The notes beneath the pieces are model-generated. The model made no database searches. It had not been told where the DNA came from and was given only the letters and a program-made list of their open reading frames with translations. Positions 19,956 to 29,260 of a stretch of DNA of 64,000 bases are shown here, one piece after another. Every line of letters starts with the position of its first letter. The stretch's first letter is position 1. Source of the stretch: an uncultured Alphaproteobacteria bacterium (GTDB lineage: Bacteria; Pseudomonadota; Alphaproteobacteria; Rhodobacterales; Rhodobacteraceae); NCBI GenBank assembly GCA_902586855.1, contig CACIIZ010000001.1, forward strand, positions 54,326-118,325. The letters run 5' to 3'. The translations under genes were made by a program, and so were the position numbers.

Positions 19956-21320
19956 ATGGCTGATGGAAATCCAATAAATAAAAAACCTCTCAATAGAGAC
20001 CCTTACAGATTAGGAAATTCCTTTGTTTTTCCACCGCGTGTTATGGATGATATTCATATCAAAGCCGAGCTGGGAAGATATAGGATGCGAGGGTTTTCCT
20101 TATTTAAGAAAATCCCTCATTGGGATGATTTAACTTTTCTACCAGGAACTCTCACACGCTTTGTTATTGAGGGTTATAGAGAAAAATGTGATACGAAAAC
20201 CATAATAGGTCCTCGTGCAAAAAGGCCATTAGAATTAGATATTCCAGTATATATCACTGGCATGAGCTTCGGTGCTCTCAGTTATGAAGCAAAAACGGCA
20301 TTAGCCAGGGGTGCTACTATGGCAGGAACAGCAACTTGTTCAGGTGAAGGTGGTATGATTCCGGATGAACGACGGTATTCTTCAAAATGGTTTTATCAAT
20401 GTATTCAGTCTAGGTATGGGTTTAATCCTCATCATCTAGTTTTAGCAGATGGTTGTGAGTTTTTCATAGGGCAAGGTTGTAAAGTTGGCTTGGGAGGACA
20501 TTTGATGGGTCAAAAAGTAACTGATCAAGTGGCTGAGATGCGTTCGTTACCAGCTGGCATAGATCAGAGATCTCCGGCAAGGCATCCTGATTGGTTAGGC
20601 CCAGATGATTTGGCTTTAAAGATTCAAGAGATTAGGGAAGCAACAGACTGGCAGATTCCCATCCAATTAAAACTGGGTGCCGCTAGAGTTTATGATGATG
20701 TTCGTATGGCTGTAAAATGCGATCCAGACTCGATCTATATAGATGGTATGGAAGGTGGTACTGGTGCGGGTCCCCATCTAGCTACTGAAGACACGGGTGT
20801 CCCAGGTATGGCTGGCATTCGCCAGGCTAGAAAGGCAATTGATGACTTGGGTAAAAGAGGAGAAATAACACTTATTTATGCTGGAGGTATAAGAAACGGC
20901 GCTGATGTTGCTAAAGCCATTGCCTTGGGAGCAGATGCCATAGCAATTGGACATTCGGCTATGATGGCTTTGAATTGTAACAAAGATATTCCTGAAGCCA
21001 ATTACCCTGAGGAAATGGGAGTAGATCCTGGAGAGTGTTATCATTGCCATACCGGTCGATGTCCTGTGGGCGTTGCCACGCAAGATCCCCTCCTTCGTTC
21101 TAGATTAGACCCTGACGAGGCAGCAGAACGGGTATACAATTTCCTGCATACACTCACAATCGAAGCACAGTTGTTTGCCAGGGCTTGCGGCAAAACAAAT
21201 CTTCACTCATTGGAGCCAGAAGATCTTGCTGCTTTAACTATGGAGGCTTCTGCGATGGCAGGAGTTCCTTTGGCGGGCACTAATCATACTGTTGGAATTG
21301 ATGACTACCATCATCTTTAG
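19956..21320 (+). CDS. mgsC: FMN-binding glutamate-synthase-family protein (N-methylglutamate synthase subunit C / GlxD-type)
   Basis: 454 aa, GltS FMN-domain-like (ITGMSFGALS, IDGMEGGTGAGP, YAGGIRNGADVAKAIALGADAIAIG). Confidence 0.85.
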   Translation: MADGNPINKKPLNRDPYRLGNSFVFPPRVMDDIHIKAELGRYRMRGFSLFKKIPHWDDLTFLPGTLTRFVIEGYREKCDTKTIIGPRAKRPLELDIPVYITGMSFGALSYEAKTALARGATMAGTATCSGEGGMIPDERRYSSKWFYQCIQSRYGFNPHHLVLADGCEFFIGQGCKVGLGGHLMGQKVTDQVAEMRSLPAGIDQRSPARHPDWLGPDDLALKIQEIREATDWQIPIQLKLGAARVYDDVRMAVKCDPDSIYIDGMEGGTGAGPHLATEDTGVPGMAGIRQARKAIDDLGKRGEITLIYAGGIRNGADVAKAIALGADAIAIGHSAMMALNCNKDIPEANYPEEMGVDPGECYHCHTGRCPVGVATQDPLLRSRLDPDEAAERVYNFLHTLTIEAQLFARACGKTNLHSLEPEDLAALTMEASAMAGVPLAGTNHTVGIDDYHHL

Positions 21321-21331
21321 GAGAATATATT

Positions 21332-21745
21332 ATGGCTGGAACACAATACAGAGGATCTGAACTTAAAAACGTGGATCAATTTCTTGATGATGCTGATGGA
21401 TTAGACAGTGAAAGAGAAAAAGAGATAGGTCAACACATCGGGTATAGATATGACGTAAACCTTGTGCCTGATTATAAAAGGTTAACTCCATTTTTAAAAA
21501 AATATATGGAAATTATGGGGTGGGATGATTTAAATTGGTTGGAAGATATTCACATGGGCTATGAAGAAGCTAAACCTGCCGTTTTTGATAGAAATATAAA
21601 TGGTTGGGTTCGAGTACCTGACAGTATTGATTTGCCAGATAATCAACAAGATAGAGATATGATTGCCCGCGAATTATTACTCAAATTTCAAATGTCGGAT
21701 AGGCATCCATTGGTTGCTTTAAGAAAGGCCTACATGAAATTTTAA
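21332..21745 (+). CDS. hypothetical protein (137 aa, acidic, no motif I recognise)
   Basis: ORF starts 11 nt after mgsC and ends 2 nt before the C-N hydrolase, so packing and coding-like composition support it. No TM segment and no recognisable domain. Confidence 0.55.
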   Translation: MAGTQYRGSELKNVDQFLDDADGLDSEREKEIGQHIGYRYDVNLVPDYKRLTPFLKKYMEIMGWDDLNWLEDIHMGYEEAKPAVFDRNINGWVRVPDSIDLPDNQQDRDMIARELLLKFQMSDRHPLVALRKAYMKF

Positions 21746-21747
21746 TT

Positions 21748-22602
21748 ATGGCTCGATTACTAACAATATCTTGTCTGCAAACAAGTCCCAGACCCACCTT
21801 TGCATCTGCACGGGAAGAAGCCATAGCTCTGGCAGAGATGGCGATGGGGAAAGGACCTTCCTTAATCTGTCTACCAGAATATTGTGGCGGTCTGAGAAGC
21901 GATGAGGGAAGGTTTATTCCTCCACATGCAAAGGAGGATGAACATCCAGTACTATTAGCTTTGAAGGATTTTGCAAAAAAAAATAAAGTTTGGATTAGTG
22001 TGGGTTCTGTTGCAATAACTGGTGAAAATGGGAGGTATTTTAACAGGAGCCTACTTTTGGATAATAACGGTGATATCAAATGTAGGTATGACAAGATACA
22101 TCTTTTTGATATCAATCTTGCTGATAATCCTCATGCGTTTAAAGAAAGTGCTACTGTTCAATTTGGAAACCAGATTTCTTTGGCTGAGACTCCTTTTGGA
22201 AAGATTGGTTTTTCCGTTTGCTATGATTTGCGGTTTGCACATATATACAGGCAAATGGCCCAAAATGGCGCGGAAATCTTGTTGGTGCCTTCTGCTTTTA
22301 CAAAAAAGACGGGGGAAGCCCATTGGCACATTTTGAATCGGGCAAGGGCAATAGAAAACGGTGCTTTTGTGATTGCTCCTTGTGCTAGTGGCCTGATTGA
22401 AGGAGGAGGAGATTCATATGGGCACTCCTTAGTTGTGGATCCTTGGGGTGAGATTTTAGCCGATGGTGGTGTTGGTTCAGGCGTCATAACCTTACAAATA
22501 GATTTGCAGAAAGTAGGAAAAACACGAATGCAGATCCCTAGTTTACAGCATGACCGAGATTATGAACTAAAGATAATCGATGTATCTGGAGAAAATACAT
22601 GA
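21748..22602 (+). CDS. carbon-nitrogen hydrolase family protein (nitrilase superfamily; omega-amidase/Nit-like)
   Basis: 284 aa. The Glu-Lys-Cys triad contexts are visible (ICLPEY; RYDKIHLF; GFSVCYDLRF), followed by HWHILNRARAIENG. Confidence 0.85.
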   Translation: MARLLTISCLQTSPRPTFASAREEAIALAEMAMGKGPSLICLPEYCGGLRSDEGRFIPPHAKEDEHPVLLALKDFAKKNKVWISVGSVAITGENGRYFNRSLLLDNNGDIKCRYDKIHLFDINLADNPHAFKESATVQFGNQISLAETPFGKIGFSVCYDLRFAHIYRQMAQNGAEILLVPSAFTKKTGEAHWHILNRARAIENGAFVIAPCASGLIEGGGDSYGHSLVVDPWGEILADGGVGSGVITLQIDLQKVGKTRMQIPSLQHDRDYELKIIDVSGENT

Positions 22603-23177
22603 TTGAAAACATTATTGATTCAACTGAAATACCAAATAAGATTCCTTCACCTCAGGAAAAATTCATGAAATTTCAGTGTAGAGCTAGGCAAATGATAATG
22701 CGTGATAATCTTGGACGACCAGATGACTCAATCACCCCGACGATTTATCTGAAGGATAATACGAATCCCATTACTAAGATAATAACTTTGATACATAAGT
22801 TACCAGAATATTCAGCGCTGTCAGAGTTAATGCATATTGCTAGGAAAACTAATGATCCATCTCAAAGGAGAGACCAAGCTGTAAAGTTACTTTCTGCTTC
22901 ATATTACCAAAAACATCGTGAATTTACTGATGTTTTGACGGCAACATTTACTCCCAACTCAAATTTAGCGGAAACGCTAATTTCTGAGGGGAGTTGTCGG
23001 CTTGTTTTTGATGCCTATTCTCATAAATTTGAGAGTACTTTTACTGTCAACAAACTTGAGAGATCAGAATTTCTTTTTCGTTCAACAATAATGCATAATC
23101 AGTTATTTAATCCAAAACTTCACCCAGAAACAATCATTTTGAGTTTCAGTCCCGTGTGGGAGGAAAACGAAGCATAA
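22599..23177 (+). CDS. hypothetical protein (192 aa, no motif I recognise)
   Basis: ATGA start/stop overlap with the C-N hydrolase. Last gene of the operon, 64 nt upstream of tmm. Confidence 0.55.
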   Translation: MIENIIDSTEIPNKIPSPQEKFMKFQCRARQMIMRDNLGRPDDSITPTIYLKDNTNPITKIITLIHKLPEYSALSELMHIARKTNDPSQRRDQAVKLLSASYYQKHREFTDVLTATFTPNSNLAETLISEGSCRLVFDAYSHKFESTFTVNKLERSEFLFRSTIMHNQLFNPKLHPETIILSFSPVWEENEA

Positions 23178-23241
23178 ATAATGGGTCAAATAATTTGACA
23201 AAGTACTGATTGTCGACCAGTATTTTGGAGGGGGAAATGTC

Positions 23242-24582
23242 ATGGGTATTAGAGTAGGAATAATCGGTGCTGGTCCGTCAGGATTATCGCAACTCAGGGC
23301 TTTTGAAAGGGCGGAAAATAAAGGCGATTCAATTCCTGAAATTGTGTGTTTTGAAAAGCAATCAGATTGGGGAGGGCTTTGGAACTATACTTGGCGAACG
23401 GGTGTAGATGAAGCTGGAGATCCATGTCATGGTTCAATGTATAGATACCTTTGGTCAAATGGGCCCAAGGAGGGCTTAGAATTTGCTGACTATACATTTA
23501 AAGAGCACTTTGGAAAAGATATCGCGTCTTACCCTCCTAGGGCTGTACTATTCGATTACATCAAAGGTAGGTTAGAAAAAACTGCTTTTAGAGATAAAAT
23601 ACGGTTCAACACTATCGTCCGAGATGTTAGGTATCATGAGGATAAAAGCGAATTTGAAGTCATATCTAGAGATAATAAGAGTGATACAGAGTCTGCTGAT
23701 TATTTTGATCACTTAATTGTCGCAACTGGTCATTTTTCTACCCCTTATGTTCCCTATTATGAGGGATTTGATAGTTTTAATGGTAGGATTTTACATGCTC
23801 ACGATTTTAGAGATGCTCGAGAATTTACCGGGAAAAATATCTTAATTCTTGGCACAAGTTATTCAGCAGAAGATATAGGATCTCAGTGCTGGAAATATGG
23901 ATGCGAGTCAATCACTGTGGCTCATAGAACTGCTCCCATGGGCTTTGATTGGCCTGACAATTGGCAAGAGGTCCCGGCTTTGGTAAAAACTGAGGGGTCT
24001 AAAGCACATTTCAAGGATGGATCTTCCAAGGAAGTTGACGCAATTATTCTTTGCACTGGGTATCAACATCATTTTCCATTTTTACCGGATGATCTTCGCT
24101 TGAAAACAGCAAATCGGCTGGCAACGGCTAATTTATATAAAGGAGTCGTTTGGGCCAATAATCCAAGATTATTTTACCTCGGAATGCAGGATCAGTGGTT
24201 TACCTTCAATATGTTTGACGCACAAGCCTGGTATGCACGTGATGTAATCATGGGGAAGATTGATTTACCTGAGGTTTCTGTAATGAAAAAGGATCCAGAG
24301 ATCCGAGAAGCAAAAGAGGATGCTTTAGAAGATGATTATGCCTGTGTTAGGTATCAGGGTGACTATGTGAGGGAGTTAATAGCTGAAACTGACTATCCTA
24401 GTTTTGATATCGATGCAGCCAATGAAGCATTCTTTTTATGGAAAAAGCATAAGAAGAAAAATATTATGACTTTCAGGGATAAAGGAGGTTTTGTTTCTCC
24501 CATGGATCAATCAATTTCTCCAGCTTATAAGAAAGCCTGGAAAGAGGAACTTGATGATAGCCTTGAAGCATACATGGAGTGA
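23242..24582 (+). CDS. tmm: trimethylamine monooxygenase (bacterial flavin-containing monooxygenase)
   Basis: 446 aa with the FAD site GAGPSG, FMO motif [11 protein letters not shown] (FxGxxxHxxxF) and NADPH site [20 protein letters not shown] 7 nt upstream. Context with a tdm-like gene and a betaine-type ABC system. Confidence 0.9.
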   Translation: MGIRVGIIGAGPSGLSQLRAFERAENKGDSIPEIVCFEKQSDWGGLWNYTWRTGVDEAGDPCHGSMYRYLWSNGPKEGLEFADYTFKEHFGKDIASYPPRAVLFDYIKGRLEKTAFRDKIRFNTIVRDVRYHEDKSEFEVISRDNKSDTESADYFDHLIVATGHFSTPYVPYYEGFDSFNGRILHAHDFRDAREFTGKNILILGTSYSAEDIGSQCWKYGCESITVAHRTAPMGFDWPDNWQEVPALVKTEGSKAHFKDGSSKEVDAIILCTGYQHHFPFLPDDLRLKTANRLATANLYKGVVWANNPRLFYLGMQDQWFTFNMFDAQAWYARDVIMGKIDLPEVSVMKKDPEIREAKEDALEDDYACVRYQGDYVRELIAETDYPSFDIDAANEAFFLWKKHKKKNIMTFRDKGGFVSPMDQSISPAYKKAWKEELDDSLEAYME

Positions 24583-24670
24583 ATATAAAAACAGGTTGGA
24601 GTAAACATTAAATAGTTTTGTCATGTTAACGAGTACAGTTAGTAAAATTGAAACGAAAGGGAGAAAAAAA

Positions 24671-25630
24671 ATGAGAGAAATTGTATACAAATTGAGGGCC
24701 GCGCTAGCAATGGTTTTTCTAGCAGGAGCCACGATTTTTTCTGGTCCTGCAATTGCTGATAGCAGCGGTGTGATAAAAATTCCTACACATAATTGGTCAA
24801 GTCAGTTAGTTGGAGCAGAAGTTGTTGGAGAATTATTCAAGAAAGTAGGAGAAAAAGTTGAATACGTACCTATGGATAGCCAGACGGTTTATCAGGCTAT
24901 GGCAGATGGTGACATAGATATAGTGCATGAAGTTTGGGAAGGAGCTTTTGGTGCGTCCTTTGATAAATCTTTAGCAACTGGAAATGTAATAGATCTACTA
25001 ACCCATGATGCTGTAACTCGCGAAGATTGGTGGTATCCAGTATATATTGAGGAAGTTTGTCCTGGTTTGCCTGATTGGGAAGCCTTAGCCAAGTGCTCTG
25101 ACATGTTTGCGAGAGCAGATTCAGGCGGTAAAGGTGTCTTCATTGGAGGTCCAGTAGATTGGTTAAAGCATGATGCAGAAAAAGTTGAAGCTTTAGGCAT
25201 GAATTTTGTCGTTCGAAATGCTGGATCAGCTGGAGCAATCTGGGCAGAACTAGATGCAGCTGTTGCTCAGAAAAAGCCAGTGGTAATTTTTAATTGGTCC
25301 CCAAACTTCATTGGAGCTAAGTATCCGGGTAAGTTTGTAGAGTTTCCTACACATGATCCAAAATGCACAACTGATGCTTCATGGGGTGTAAACCCAGATG
25401 CGCTTTATGATTGTGGGAACCCTGCCAGTGGTTATTTGAAAATTGGGGTAAATAAAGATTTTGAAAAAAATCATCCAAAGGCTTTCAATATTGCGAAACA
25501 AATGAATTTTTCTGGCCCAGATATAGATAAGATGGCTAACTATGTTGATACTGATGGTATGGAAATTCCTGAGGCAGCCCAACAATGGTTAAAAGACCAT
25601 AAGTCTAAATGGGAAAAATGGGTTAAATAA
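24671..25630 (+). CDS. tmoX: glycine betaine/TMAO-type ABC transporter substrate-binding protein
   Basis: OpuAC/ProX-like SBP. The ATG at 24671 has an AAGGGAG SD and gives a signal peptide MREIVYKLRAALAMVFLAGATIFSGPAIA/DS; the track start at 24623 is unlikely. The tmoX name rests on tmm/tdm context only. Confidence 0.75.
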   Translation: MREIVYKLRAALAMVFLAGATIFSGPAIADSSGVIKIPTHNWSSQLVGAEVVGELFKKVGEKVEYVPMDSQTVYQAMADGDIDIVHEVWEGAFGASFDKSLATGNVIDLLTHDAVTREDWWYPVYIEEVCPGLPDWEALAKCSDMFARADSGGKGVFIGGPVDWLKHDAEKVEALGMNFVVRNAGSAGAIWAELDAAVAQKKPVVIFNWSPNFIGAKYPGKFVEFPTHDPKCTTDASWGVNPDALYDCGNPASGYLKIGVNKDFEKNHPKAFNIAKQMNFSGPDIDKMANYVDTDGMEIPEAAQQWLKDHKSKWEKWVK

Positions 25631-25658
25631 GTTTACGGACTTTTAATGAACCAATAAT

Positions 25659-25686
25659 CCGGTTGGCCTTTTTGTAGGCCAATCGG
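25659..25686 (+). terminator. intercistronic hairpin after the SBP gene (attenuator/partial terminator or mRNA-stabilising stem)
   Basis: CCGGTTGGCCT-tttgt-AGGCCAATCGG, an 11-bp stem with one mismatch, lying between tmoX and tmoV. No clear T-run follows. Confidence 0.4.
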
Positions 25687-25718
25687 GGCCTAAATTTTAA
25701 TAGCAAGTGACTAGTTGA

Positions 25719-26756
25719 ATGCCCAAAAAATCTGTAACTATTTCTTGTAAGAACGTTTGGAAACTTTATGGTTCTGATCCGGCAAGATTTTTGGCTAACA
25801 GAAATTATAATCCCTCTGAAAACGACCTTAAGCAATCACAATATATTGCTGCAGTATTCGATGCCTCCATTGATGTTTTCAAAGGGGAAATACTTGTTAT
25901 AATGGGACTCAGTGGGTCAGGAAAATCAAGTCTGGTCCGTTGCATGACAAGACTTATTGAACCGACTAGTGGTGAGATTCATTTTGAGGGATCAGATTTA
26001 TTAAAAGCCACTGAAAAAGAGTTGATCGAAATCCGTCGCCACAAGATGGGTATGGTATTTCAAAATTTTGCCCTGATGCCACACAGAAATGTCTTGGAAA
26101 ACATAGCATTTCCGTTGGAGGTTCAAGGAGTCAGTAGAGAAAAAAGAGAAGAAAGAGCTATTGAAATCATTGATTTAGTTGGTCTAAAGGGTAGAGAAAA
26201 ATACTATCCAAGAGAGCTTTCAGGTGGTCAGCAGCAACGTGTTGGATTAGCGAGATCCCTTGCAGTTGAACCAAACATATGGTTTCTAGATGAGCCATTT
26301 TCAGCTCTTGATCCCTTAATAAGAAAAGAGATGCAGAATGAATTTCTTAGGCTACAAAATCTCCTGAATAAGACCATAGTATTCATTACTCATGATTTTG
26401 ATGAAGCGATTAGACTAGCAGATCGAATTGCAATAATGTACGAGGGACGGATTGTTCAGGTTGGGAATGCGGAAGAGCTTATAACGAACCCTGCCAATGA
26501 ATATGTTGCGGAGTTCACTAGGGACATACCTAGGGCCAAACTTTTATCAGTTGGTTCCATCATGCAACCTGCTAAAAAATCAACCAAAAACAAAATTGTT
26601 GTGAATAAGACGGATAAGATTTCTTCCGTAGCTCCAAGTATAATTTCTTCTAATGCAGTCGCAACGGTAGTTGATGAAAGTGGCGATGTATGTGGTGAGT
26701 TAACCAAAGATCAAATTGTTGACATTTTATTTGCTGATGAGAAGAATAATGACTGA
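25719..26756 (+). CDS. tmoV: betaine/TMAO-type ABC transporter ATP-binding protein
   Basis: 345 aa with Walker A GLSGSGKSS, signature LSGGQQQRV and Walker B IWFLDEPFSALD. OpuAA/ProV-like with a C-terminal regulatory extension. Confidence 0.85.
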   Translation: MPKKSVTISCKNVWKLYGSDPARFLANRNYNPSENDLKQSQYIAAVFDASIDVFKGEILVIMGLSGSGKSSLVRCMTRLIEPTSGEIHFEGSDLLKATEKELIEIRRHKMGMVFQNFALMPHRNVLENIAFPLEVQGVSREKREERAIEIIDLVGLKGREKYYPRELSGGQQQRVGLARSLAVEPNIWFLDEPFSALDPLIRKEMQNEFLRLQNLLNKTIVFITHDFDEAIRLADRIAIMYEGRIVQVGNAEELITNPANEYVAEFTRDIPRAKLLSVGSIMQPAKKSTKNKIVVNKTDKISSVAPSIISSNAVATVVDESGDVCGELTKDQIVDILFADEKNND

Positions 26757-28758
26757 ATCACTTTGGGAAAGACTTAAACAATTTTGGTTCGTTTACCCCT
26801 TCATAGCGTTATGGCTTCTGAAGCCAATTACTCCAAATTGGGGGGTCATTCCACCAAAGAGTTGTTTAGGGGGATGTGGAAGCATAGAGGGTATGATCCC
26901 TTTTGTAGACTGGGTTAATAATCTTATAGCCGTATTAAGGAATTACGAAATTCTACCAGGGATAAGCGAAGGTAAGGTGGGTCTCTTTACTTTCAGGGAA
27001 TTTACTCGCTATTTAGCAAATTTAATTGATATCCCCTTAGATTTTACAGAAGCGTTACTTTATAAGGGTTTTGAAACTATTCCTTTAGGCCCTTTGCCAT
27101 GGGTTATGATTCTTGGACTAGTAGTGGTCTTAGGACTCTATCTAAGAGGTATTAGCTTAGCAATTTTAGGCGGTAGCTGTGTTCTATACTTGGCCATTTT
27201 TAGTTTGCGAGGGATCTGGACTTTGTCAATGAAGACCCTTTCTGCCATCGCAGTTTCAGTTCCTTTAGCCGTTCTAATAGGACTTGTCTTAGGTATTCTA
27301 GGTGCAAAGTTTAAAGTAGTGGAAAGAATTCTTAATCCAATTTTGAATGTTTTACAGTCTCTACCTCATTTTTCTTATTTAATTCTGGTAGCAATTTTTT
27401 GTGGCGTAGGAGCAAAGGCAGGAGTTATAGCAACAGTAATTTTTGCGTTTCCTCCAATGACAAGGCTGACCATTCTTGGTCTGAAAGAGCTATCGTCGGA
27501 AATTGTGGAAGCAGGCAAGATGAGTGGATGTAATTATTGGCAAATGCTTTTTAAAGTGGAGTTGCCTGGAGCTAGATCAGCTCTAATGTTAGGCATAAAT
27601 CAAGTTATCATGCAGTGCTTAGCAATGGTGGTTATTGCTTCTTTTATTGGCCAACCAGGTTTGGGACATGATTTACTAGCGCGCCTACAAAATTTGAGGT
27701 TGGGACAAGCTTTTGAAATAGGAGTAGCAGTCGTCTTTATAGCGATTACCCTAGACCGCTATAGTCAAGCTTTAGTACTGAAACAGCCAGAGAGATCCAG
27801 AGAAGGCGCATTTTGGTTGCGAAATCCGTATTTGTCTGGGGCGATTGTTATCGTAGTTTTGTCAGTTATTCTGAGTTTTATTTCATCGGCTGCGACCCAG
27901 TTGCCGAAGGAATATACAATATCAATTTCAGGATATCTAGATTTGGGAATTAAAACCTTTACGACGTCTTTGTTTGTGCCATTAGGAATATTCCGAGACT
28001 TTTTGCTAGTTTATTTTTTTATGCCGACAAAAGCTATGTTCCAATCATTGCCTTGGATATCAGTGATAGTCTTGGTAGGTTGCGCTGGATGGAAGTTAGG
28101 AAGGTTTAAATTAGCGCTAACCGTCATGTTTTTTGTTTTTCTTATTGCGGCTTCTGGTTATTGGGTTAGAGCAATGATTACCCTCTACATGGTGTCAGTT
28201 GCAATCATTATCAGCATGGGGTTTGGAATTCCTGTTGGAATTTGGGCTTCTAAAAGATTGAATAGAACAAAGCTTGTACTAAATATATGTGATACTTTTC
28301 AAACCTTTCCATCTTTTATATATTTGTTACCAGCGGTAATGTTGTTTCAAATCAGTGATGTATCAGCAATTTTTGCGATAGTTGTTTATGCTAGTATCCC
28401 AATCACAAGATATACTATCTTTGGGTTAAGGAATGTCCCATCACAGATTATTGAAGCTGCAAAGATGTCTGGATGCAGTGAGAGTCAATTATTGTGGAAA
28501 GTGAGAATGCCTTTAGCATTCCCAGAAATGCTATTGGGAGTAAACCAAACTTTAATGTTTGCACTTTTCATGGTCATGATTGCTGGATTCATTGGAACAG
28601 TAGATTTGTCTCAAGAGATCTTTAGGGCCTTATCATTTAATGATGGAGGTAAAGGCTTGGTTATTGGACTATGTGTGTCTTTAATTGGGCTCACTGCAGA
28701 TAGATTACTTGTGGAATGGTCAAATATTAAGAAGAGAAGTTATGGGTTAAAGACATAA
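26749..28758 (+). CDS. tmoW: betaine/TMAO-type ABC transporter permease, tandem-duplicated (two permease modules in one polypeptide)
   Basis: About 669 aa from the ATG at 26749, with an ATGACTGA overlap on the tmoV stop. Two repeats of the EAA-type region: EAGKMSGCNYWQMLFKVELPGA and EAAKMSGCSESQLLWKVRMPLA. Confidence 0.85.
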   Translation: MTESLWERLKQFWFVYPFIALWLLKPITPNWGVIPPKSCLGGCGSIEGMIPFVDWVNNLIAVLRNYEILPGISEGKVGLFTFREFTRYLANLIDIPLDFTEALLYKGFETIPLGPLPWVMILGLVVVLGLYLRGISLAILGGSCVLYLAIFSLRGIWTLSMKTLSAIAVSVPLAVLIGLVLGILGAKFKVVERILNPILNVLQSLPHFSYLILVAIFCGVGAKAGVIATVIFAFPPMTRLTILGLKELSSEIVEAGKMSGCNYWQMLFKVELPGARSALMLGINQVIMQCLAMVVIASFIGQPGLGHDLLARLQNLRLGQAFEIGVAVVFIAITLDRYSQALVLKQPERSREGAFWLRNPYLSGAIVIVVLSVILSFISSAATQLPKEYTISISGYLDLGIKTFTTSLFVPLGIFRDFLLVYFFMPTKAMFQSLPWISVIVLVGCAGWKLGRFKLALTVMFFVFLIAASGYWVRAMITLYMVSVAIIISMGFGIPVGIWASKRLNRTKLVLNICDTFQTFPSFIYLLPAVMLFQISDVSAIFAIVVYASIPITRYTIFGLRNVPSQIIEAAKMSGCSESQLLWKVRMPLAFPEMLLGVNQTLMFALFMVMIAGFIGTVDLSQEIFRALSFNDGGKGLVIGLCVSLIGLTADRLLVEWSNIKKRSYGLKT

Positions 28759-28885
28759 CATAGGTTTCATGCATAAATTTTTGGTCAAAATACTGAAAAA
28801 AAAATGAATTGAATAATTAAATGTTGTTAAATGAGTTTGTTGACAGAGGTTTTTTGAGAGAGGTTTATTATGGTGAAAGTTCCCA

Positions 28886-29260
28886 ATGATAACTAAACTC
28901 GACGATTTTAGAAAAGTTTCAAATATTAATAGTCTGAAATGGGAACGTCTTGAACAAACTGGGTTGCCCGACGAAGATGTTTGGTGGTTTAATTTGAGCT
29001 ATGATCCTGACATTGGTCAAGGTTCCTATCTTTATAAGATGGGTCCTGGTGCCAGGTCGAACCCTCATGAACATGAAGGACCCGAGGAATTCTTTATTTT
29101 GGAAGGAGATTTAGTGGATAATGATGGTTATACCTATGAAAAAGGGGATTTTGTGTCTCTAACAGGAGGCTCCCGTCATTGCAGTGTTTCACCTTCAGGA
29201 TGTATTATAGTCGTGACCCATCGCGGCAAAGTCATTGATTTGGATAGAGAAGACTTGTGA
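28886..29260 (+). CDS. small cupin-domain protein (ChrR-like metal-binding cupin)
   Basis: 124 aa. Cupin motif 1 NPHEHEGPEEFFILEG and motif 2 GDFVSLTGGSRH. Its stop overlaps the tdm start (GTGATG). Confidence 0.7.
   Translation: MITKLDDFRKVSNINSLKWERLEQTGLPDEDVWWFNLSYDPDIGQGSYLYKMGPGARSNPHEHEGPEEFFILEGDLVDNDGYTYEKGDFVSLTGGSRHCSVSPSGCIIVVTHRGKVIDLDREDL

Noticed and set aside
21681-22115. 144-aa minus-strand ORF spanning the junction of the 137-aa ORF and the C-N hydrolase
   Set aside because: It is antisense to a well-supported hydrolase with an intact catalytic triad. It has a low-complexity Ser/Leu/Pro-rich translation and no SD.
23194-23224. TTGACA -35 box plus imperfect palindrome AGTACTG-N9-CAGTATT upstream of tmm
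   Set aside because: Any -10 at a proper spacing would put the transcription start inside the SD (23227-23234). The palindrome has a mismatch and no second copy. tmm may be read through from the upstream operon.
28778-28794. TTTTTGGTCAAAATACT as a fifth copy of the T-tract + GGTATAA box (upstream of the cupin-tdm pair)
   Set aside because: The core differs (GGTCAAAAT versus GGTATAAT) by an insertion, so it is too degenerate to count without statistics.
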